DNA of 64,000 nucleotides from an uncultured delta proteobacterium (GTDB lineage Bacteria; Myxococcota_A; Polyangia; Polyangiales; Polyangiaceae): NCBI GenBank assembly GCA_963716725.1, contig CAVQUB010000015.1, positions 192,001 to 256,000 of the forward strand, read 5' to 3'. Shown piece by piece: positions 58,341 to 64,000 of this stretch (position 1 is its first letter; each line of letters starts with the position of its first letter). The notes under the pieces were generated by a model. It saw only the letters and a program-made list of their open reading frames with translations, ran no database searches and was not told where the DNA came from. The position numbers and the translations under genes were made by a program.

Positions 58341-61223
58341 TCAGGGAAACCGAACCGCCGCCGTCGCTGCCCCGCCGGCCGGCACGTTGACCACTCGAGA
58401 TTTGCGCCCGTGCTCGGCGTGCACGAACACGACGGTGTGATTGCCGGCGGACACGCTCAGGCCGACCTTCGGCGTCGAGCCCATGGGCCTGCCGTCGAGG
58501 ATCACGTTCGAGACCGGGATGCTGTTGATGTTGAGGATGCCCGTGCCCGCGGCGGCGACGGGCTTGTCGGGGACGGTGGGCGGCACCTTGCCGACGCCGA
58601 CCGGCGGGGTCGTGCCCGCGGTGGGCGTCTGGCCGCCGGTCGCGACGGGGGCGTCGGGCTTGGGGGCCTTGCCCTTCTCGAACAGGTCGATTGTGAAGGA
58701 TTCTTCAGCCTTTCCATCCTGAAAGCTGATGTCCTTCTTGAAGTCCTCGAAGCCCATCTTCGTCGCGACGATGCTCCAAGGCTTGTCCGTCGTGATGTCG
58801 ATCTTGATCGGGAGCTTGGGGATCGGGCGCCGCTCGCTTCCGCTGACCAGCAGCACGCGCGCGCCCTCCGCCCCGGACCCGCCCTTGATCGTGGCCAGGC
58901 CCTTCACGACCTTGAGCTTCGGCTCGATGCTCTGGACCTGACCCTCTTCGATGTTGATGCGCTTCTCCCAAGCCTCGTAGCGCTCCCCCGCGATCTTGAT
59001 CAGATGCTCGCCGGGTGACATGTCCCGGAGCTCCTGGGGCAGGGGGCCGACCTCTTTGCCGTCGACGAAGAGCTTCACCGCGCCCGCCGTGTCGGCGCTC
59101 ACCTTGACGCCGGTGCCTTCGCTCGCGCGGGACAGGCTGACGTTGAGCACGGCGTCCTCGCCGGTCTCGACCTTCACGCCCTGCTCGGCCGTGGGCTGAA
59201 AGCCCGCCGCCGCGACCTTCACCATGTGGGTGCCCGAGGCCAACTCGGTCACGCGGCAGGGGGACGTATCGCAGCGCTTGTTGCCGTCGACGAAGACCTG
59301 AACGGCATCGACGCTCTTGTTGCCCGGTCCCGCGACGGTCACGACGAGCGTGCCCTTTCGCGGAATGAAGAACACCACCATGGCCGCGACCAGGCCGACG
59401 ACGAGCAGGCCGGCGACTGCGAGCAAGATCATGCGACCCGCGCCGCTCGATGGGGCCTGCGTCGGGTAGGGCGCCGGCATCACCGGGGGCATTTGGGCCG
59501 ACGCCACCGGCATGGAAGCCGGGGTCTGGTGCATTCCCATGCCTGGCATCGAGCCTGGCATCGAGCTCTGCATCGAGCCCGGCATCGAGCCCGGCATCGA
59601 GCCCGGCATCGAGCTGGGACCCCCGGGGCTCGGGAAGCTGGGCGGTGCGGCGATGCCGCCCGAGCTGCCCATCAGCGCGGCTGCTGCGCCCACGCGAACG
59701 GAGGTCGGCGGAGGGAGTCCGGCGCCCGGGATCGGCGGCCCGCTCTTGAGCAGCGCCTGGGACGGGGACTCGTTCGGCTCCTTGTCGAAGACCGCTGTCT
59801 TCTCGTCCTCGTCGTCCCAGTCCATGTCCACGGGCGCAGCGAGCGCGGGCGGCGGCTTCGGCGGAAGCGGGCCTGGTCCAAGCCCCGAGGGCTTCGACAT
59901 GGGCGGCAGGCTCGGCGGCAGGCTCGGCGGCAGGCTCGGCGGAGGAAGCGCGCCGGCGGCTCGGCTCGGCGGCGGCAGGGCGGCGGGGCCCGCCCGCATG
60001 CTCGGGGGCGGAGGGTTCTTCCCCGACTGAGGCGGTGGCGTCGGCGGGGGGAGCCCGAGCAGGGTCTTCTTCAGACCCGGCGGGGGCGTCGGTGCGGGGA
60101 GGGATCGCGGGGCCGGTGTCGACGCCGGGCCAGGGCGGCCGGACTTCTTCGCCAGGCCGTCGAACACGTCCAGATCTGAACCGCCTTTGTCACTCATCCC
60201 GATGATCTCCTGCGGACCAGAGGCCGCTCTCGCTGCCTCCGAAGGGAACATCTGGCGCATCAGTTGGGCCAGCCGGCCTGCGTCGCCCGGCGCCGGGAGG
60301 CTCCGAGCGAGCGCATGCAAATCCGCTTCTAATTCCGACGCGGTAGCGTACCGCTGGTTTGGGTCTTTGGCGAGCGCCTTGAGGACGATGGGGTCGACCG
60401 TTGGGGGCAGCCGGGGGTTCTCGGCCGTGGGGGCCGCTACCCCCCCGGTTCGGATCTTGTTCATCACGACGATCTCGTTTGGCCCGTCGTAGAGGCGCTT
60501 CCCGGTCAGCGCCTCCCAGAGGCAGATCCCGAGCGCGAAGAGGTCGGTGCGCCGGTCGACGTCTTTGCCGCCGACCTGCTCGGGCGACATGTAGCCCACC
60601 TTGCCCTTGATCATGCCCGCCTGGGTGCGGGTGATCTTGCCGGCCGCCTTGGCGATGCCGAAGTCGATGAGCTTCACGCGACCGTCGTAGGAGACCAGGA
60701 TGTTCTGCGGGCTCACGTCCCGGTGAACGATGTGGAGCGGGCGGCCCTGGGCGTCGCGCCGGTCGTGGGCATAGGCGAGGCCTGCGGTGACCCCGGCGAT
60801 GACGAAGAGCGCGAGCTCGACCGGGAGGACCTGGCCGCTGGCAGCGGCGCGGTCGATCAGCGTCCGGAGCGGCTTGCCGTCCACGAACTCGAGAGCGATG
60901 TAGTGACCGCCGTCGACCTGACCCGCGTCCACGGTGCGCGCGATGTTCGGGTGCTCGAGCAGCGTCGCGATCCGAGCCTCGTCGTGGAAGAGCTCGATGA
61001 AATCCTCGTCCTCCGAGACGTTGGGCAGGATGCGCTTGAGCGCGACGACCGCGCCACTTTGGCGGTGGCGGGCCTGAAAGACCTCCGCCATGCCGCCGAC
61101 GCTGATGCGCTGGATGAGCTCGAAGGGGCCGAAGAGCTGCGTCGGAGGCAACGGTTCTCCCACCCGCGAGTCTTGCACAGATGGGCCTGGAGTTTCGAAA
61201 GGATCAGCGTCCGGGCCCCTCAT
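58341..61223 (-). CDS. Ser/Thr protein kinase with Pro-rich linker, TM and PEGA domains
   Basis: GGMAEVF, ALKR, HRDVSPQN, DFG, GKVGYMSPE; C-terminal VFVDG..TSP, LFVDG..GPLP, LDGRPMGSTP. Confidence 0.92.
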   Translation of the reverse strand: MRGPDADPFETPGPSVQDSRVGEPLPPTQLFGPFELIQRISVGGMAEVFQARHRQSGAVVALKRILPNVSEDEDFIELFHDEARIATLLEHPNIARTVDAGQVDGGHYIALEFVDGKPLRTLIDRAAASGQVLPVELALFVIAGVTAGLAYAHDRRDAQGRPLHIVHRDVSPQNILVSYDGRVKLIDFGIAKAAGKITRTQAGMIKGKVGYMSPEQVGGKDVDRRTDLFALGICLWEALTGKRLYDGPNEIVVMNKIRTGGVAAPTAENPRLPPTVDPIVLKALAKDPNQRYATASELEADLHALARSLPAPGDAGRLAQLMRQMFPSEAARAASGPQEIIGMSDKGGSDLDVFDGLAKKSGRPGPASTPAPRSLPAPTPPPGLKKTLLGLPPPTPPPQSGKNPPPPSMRAGPAALPPPSRAAGALPPPSLPPSLPPSLPPMSKPSGLGPGPLPPKPPPALAAPVDMDWDDEDEKTAVFDKEPNESPSQALLKSGPPIPGAGLPPPTSVRVGAAAALMGSSGGIAAPPSFPSPGGPSSMPGSMPGSMPGSMQSSMPGSMPGMGMHQTPASMPVASAQMPPVMPAPYPTQAPSSGAGRMILLAVAGLLVVGLVAAMVVFFIPRKGTLVVTVAGPGNKSVDAVQVFVDGNKRCDTSPCRVTELASGTHMVKVAAAGFQPTAEQGVKVETGEDAVLNVSLSRASEGTGVKVSADTAGAVKLFVDGKEVGPLPQELRDMSPGEHLIKIAGERYEAWEKRINIEEGQVQSIEPKLKVVKGLATIKGGSGAEGARVLLVSGSERRPIPKLPIKIDITTDKPWSIVATKMGFEDFKKDISFQDGKAEESFTIDLFEKGKAPKPDAPVATGGQTPTAGTTPPVGVGKVPPTVPDKPVAAAGTGILNINSIPVSNVILDGRPMGSTPKVGLSVSAGNHTVVFVHAEHGRKSRVVNVPAGGAATAAVRFP
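59540..59612 (-). repeat. Coding 12-nt tandem repeat (SMPG), about 6 copies
   Basis: ggcatcgagccc repeats on the + strand. Confidence 0.85.
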
Positions 61224-63895
61224 TCGGGGTCCGGCGACCCCCCCGCGGGGGGCTGTTCGACCTTCTTGGGCTTCGGAAAATAGCGGACCCGTTTGGCCTG
61301 GAGCGGGTACCAGACGGCGACCGGGACCACGGGGGTGTCAGGGAAGATTCGAGCCGTGCCCGGGGAGGGGCGGCGGACCAAGCGGAGGGCCTCGGGGCTC
61401 GCGGCTACGGCGCGCCCGCGCAGGTCGCGGTCGCCGCCCAAGGCCACGGCGAGCGGCTTCGATAAGTACAGCCGCTGCTGCGCGCTCAGGCTTTTCAACG
61501 CGTCTTCGATCAGGGCGCCGTCGCGAGCGGGGTCGCGCTCCGTGGTCACCTCGACGTAGAGCAGCATGCCCTCGGCATCGAGGGCGAGGGCCGCCGAGGT
61601 GTCCGGCCCCACGCTCGACGCTCCTCGCGCGACCGGAACTGCGTGCTGCGGCGCGTCTGGGCCGATGGTCGGTCCCTTGGGTCCCAGCCACAGCGCGGCG
61701 CCCTGGGTGCCCGTCGGCGGGAAGGCGATCACGACCTCGGCGACTGCTTCGCTCGCGAGCGCGGGACGCAGGGCGGCCGGATCGAGCTTCACGATCGAGA
61801 GCTTGGTGTCGGGCCGCGCCGCCTCGGCGCGGAGCCAAGTCGTCGCGACGGCGTAAGGCCAGCCGTGTTGCGGCAACCCCTTGGTCTTCCACTCGCCCTC
61901 GCCGGGCTCGGCGGGGCTCACGCGGGTCGGGAGCTTCGGTCCGGGAACGAGATCACGCCGCGTCAGATAGAAGAAGTCCCGCGACTCGCGCTGGATGTAG
62001 CGCGGGAAGTTCATGAGGCCCATGTAGCGGAGCATGCGCCGGCTTCTGAATTTCCAGCCCTCCATGCCGCTGACGGCGCCTTCGGCTTCCCATTGCGAGT
62101 CGAGCTTGCGGTCGAGCGCCGGAAGCTCGGCGGCAGGCGCTGCTCGGTAGAACTCGAAGCCCGAGTGCCCGGGGTTCATGTCGAGGTGGATCCCGTAGTC
62201 GCAGCGCGCGCGCTGCATGGCGAAGGCCAAATGATCGGCGTCGATGCTCGCGCCGTAGAGGTAAGCGACGAAGCCCTCTTTGGTCTGGCAGACCGCGCTG
62301 CGGGTCGTGCGGCTCTCGTCGGTCCACCCAGGCGGAACCCCTCCCCACCAATTGCGTTTGTAGGGATTCACCACGCCGTCCATCACCAGCGGCGTCATGT
62401 TCTGGCGAAAGCTCAGGATGTTTTCCGGGACCTTCTCGTCGTTGGGCCAGGTCCCGAATCCGGTGGAGCCGTCGCTGAGCTCCGCCACCGTCGCGGAGTA
62501 GGGCTTGGGCGGCAGGTAGACCACGCCATCGGCCATCATGCCGAACTCGCCGTGGGTGGCCTGAAAGCCGCCGTTGAAGCCGCCCACCAGGCGCCGCATC
62601 ACCTCGGGCTTGCGCGGGACGAGTCCCGGCCCAGTCTCTCCGGTGGCGCTCTTCGGCTCGAGGGTGCCGCTCATGGTGTGCAGCGCGATCTGCCGCGGGT
62701 CCCAGATCAGCACCCAGGTCTGATTGTACGCGCGCTTCTGATCGGTTCGGATGAACGACTGCACGAAGGGCGAGGGCGTGTCGGGATTCGTGGCGATGAA
62801 GGGATCCTTGTCGAGCGGACGCCACTTGCCTTCGCCGGGCAGCGCGGGCGCGATCATCGGCTCCATCGGCGCGGGCGGCCAGCCCGTCTCGGGGTCCGGC
62901 AAGTCCGGCGCGAGCGGCGCGTCTTCGAGTCCGGCGAGCTCGGCCTTCACCCGGTCGGCGCCGGTGTCGCCGGTGATCCCGCCCACCACGCGCTCGAACG
63001 CATCGAGGGCCTCGAAGGCGATGGCCTTGACGAACTGCATGCGATCGTTGCCGAACCACGGCAGCGCGCGCACGCGGTCAACGGCCCACGTGACCACGTT
63101 GCCCGGGCGTCCCTTCTCCGGCGTCTGTTCCAGCAGATGGCGTGCGCCCTCGATGGCGCCGTCCCCGCCGGTTGAAATGCGGATCTTGCGGCTGTCGACC
63201 TCGGCGTGGAGGGCGCCCTCATCGAGCTCGAGCCGGTCGAGCGTGCCGGGCGGTTCGAGCCGGAAGGTGCGCTGTCCGACGCCGCTTTGCTGGCCTGTGG
63301 TCTGGAGGTTCGTGATCTGGCTCTGAATGCGCGCGGTCCGCCGCCAGTCGCTGGGCAAGGTCTCGCCCGAGAGATCGGCGAGCTTGAGCGTGAAGGCCTT
63401 GCCGTCGCTGCCAATGACCCAGGCCGCGTGATGCCCCCGCACCACGAGGTCGCGCTCGTCGACCGCCGAGGTGTCGCTGAGGTTGTAGACCGCGCACAGC
63501 TCGAGCAGCCGACCCTCTGGCGACCAACGGCTGGTGGTGAGCCAAATGTCGGCGGGCTCGCCGGCGCTCTGCGCCCGCACGACGGCTCGAACGCGCCGTT
63601 GGGTCGAGGTGAGCCGGCCCGGCAAGGGGTCGAGGAAGTGGATCTCCGACGGCTCAGCGCTCATGCCCCGCTCGCCGAGGGCGAGGGCGACGGCGCGCGC
63701 GCGATCGGCCTCGAGCCGCGCCGATCGCGGGGCTGGATCGGGCGCGAGGAAATAGCCCACGCTGAGCACGATCGGCAGCGGACGCGCGACTCCGACCAGG
63801 GTCCGCATCCAGGGCCGGAGCTTGGCAGGCCGCACGCCCGCAGCGAGTACTGCCGAATCCTGGGTCGGCCCGCCGGGCGCGCTGTCCACCGTCAT
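61220..63895 (-). CDS. Large membrane-anchored protein with a phosphodiester glycosidase (NAGPA-like) domain
   Basis: FNGGFQ..HG..GM, RQN, RSAVC, HLDMN motifs; ATGA overlap with the kinase. Confidence 0.55.
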   Translation of the reverse strand: MTVDSAPGGPTQDSAVLAAGVRPAKLRPWMRTLVGVARPLPIVLSVGYFLAPDPAPRSARLEADRARAVALALGERGMSAEPSEIHFLDPLPGRLTSTQRRVRAVVRAQSAGEPADIWLTTSRWSPEGRLLELCAVYNLSDTSAVDERDLVVRGHHAAWVIGSDGKAFTLKLADLSGETLPSDWRRTARIQSQITNLQTTGQQSGVGQRTFRLEPPGTLDRLELDEGALHAEVDSRKIRISTGGDGAIEGARHLLEQTPEKGRPGNVVTWAVDRVRALPWFGNDRMQFVKAIAFEALDAFERVVGGITGDTGADRVKAELAGLEDAPLAPDLPDPETGWPPAPMEPMIAPALPGEGKWRPLDKDPFIATNPDTPSPFVQSFIRTDQKRAYNQTWVLIWDPRQIALHTMSGTLEPKSATGETGPGLVPRKPEVMRRLVGGFNGGFQATHGEFGMMADGVVYLPPKPYSATVAELSDGSTGFGTWPNDEKVPENILSFRQNMTPLVMDGVVNPYKRNWWGGVPPGWTDESRTTRSAVCQTKEGFVAYLYGASIDADHLAFAMQRARCDYGIHLDMNPGHSGFEFYRAAPAAELPALDRKLDSQWEAEGAVSGMEGWKFRSRRMLRYMGLMNFPRYIQRESRDFFYLTRRDLVPGPKLPTRVSPAEPGEGEWKTKGLPQHGWPYAVATTWLRAEAARPDTKLSIVKLDPAALRPALASEAVAEVVIAFPPTGTQGAALWLGPKGPTIGPDAPQHAVPVARGASSVGPDTSAALALDAEGMLLYVEVTTERDPARDGALIEDALKSLSAQQRLYLSKPLAVALGGDRDLRGRAVAASPEALRLVRRPSPGTARIFPDTPVVPVAVWYPLQAKRVRYFPKPKKVEQPPAGGSPDPE

Positions 63896-64000
63896 CTCCC
63901 GTGAAACGCGAACCCGCGGTTAGCATCTTCCCGACGCCGCAGCCATCGAGAGGTTGCGCGGGAGCCAACTGCGTTGGCTGTGGCCCCGCGGATTGGTGCG

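Overview
High-GC (~70%) chromosomal segment, most likely from a myxobacterium of the Polyangiales/Polyangiaceae type (inferred from Cys-rich lipoproteins, Ser/Thr kinases with PEGA domains, a DUF4388 regulator, a paralogous Hsp70 and the pilR-pilin locus). It holds about 50 genes. Housekeeping and metabolic: purH, argB, RluA, PabB/TrpE-like, NikR and a peptide/nickel-type ABC transporter with no ATPase gene. A ~10 kb minus-strand run leads from an ECF sigma/anti-sigma pair to a J-protein, DnaK and an M1 peptidase. A type IV pilus locus has PilR, four tandem pilins, a PilG-like gene, a spermidine-synthase fusion and GT-C-like membrane proteins. The most unusual area is 18.2-23.0 kb: 3x55-bp and 10-bp tandem repeats, a MerR-like wHTH gene, a candidate structured RNA, a sigma4-only Cys-cluster protein, and a ParA with two TRASH-like zinc fingers coupled to a ribbon-helix-helix protein. 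Other highlights are a Sel1 lipoprotein with a MACPF-like signature and a glycogen synthase homolog lacking its catalytic residues. Of seven apparent frameshifts, four sit at GATC->GAATC/GATTC and three share the same 9-mer, pointing to modification-linked sequencing errors rather than pseudogenes. No CRISPR, tRNA, rRNA or mobile element was recognised. All family calls are by eye from motifs; no database searches were run.
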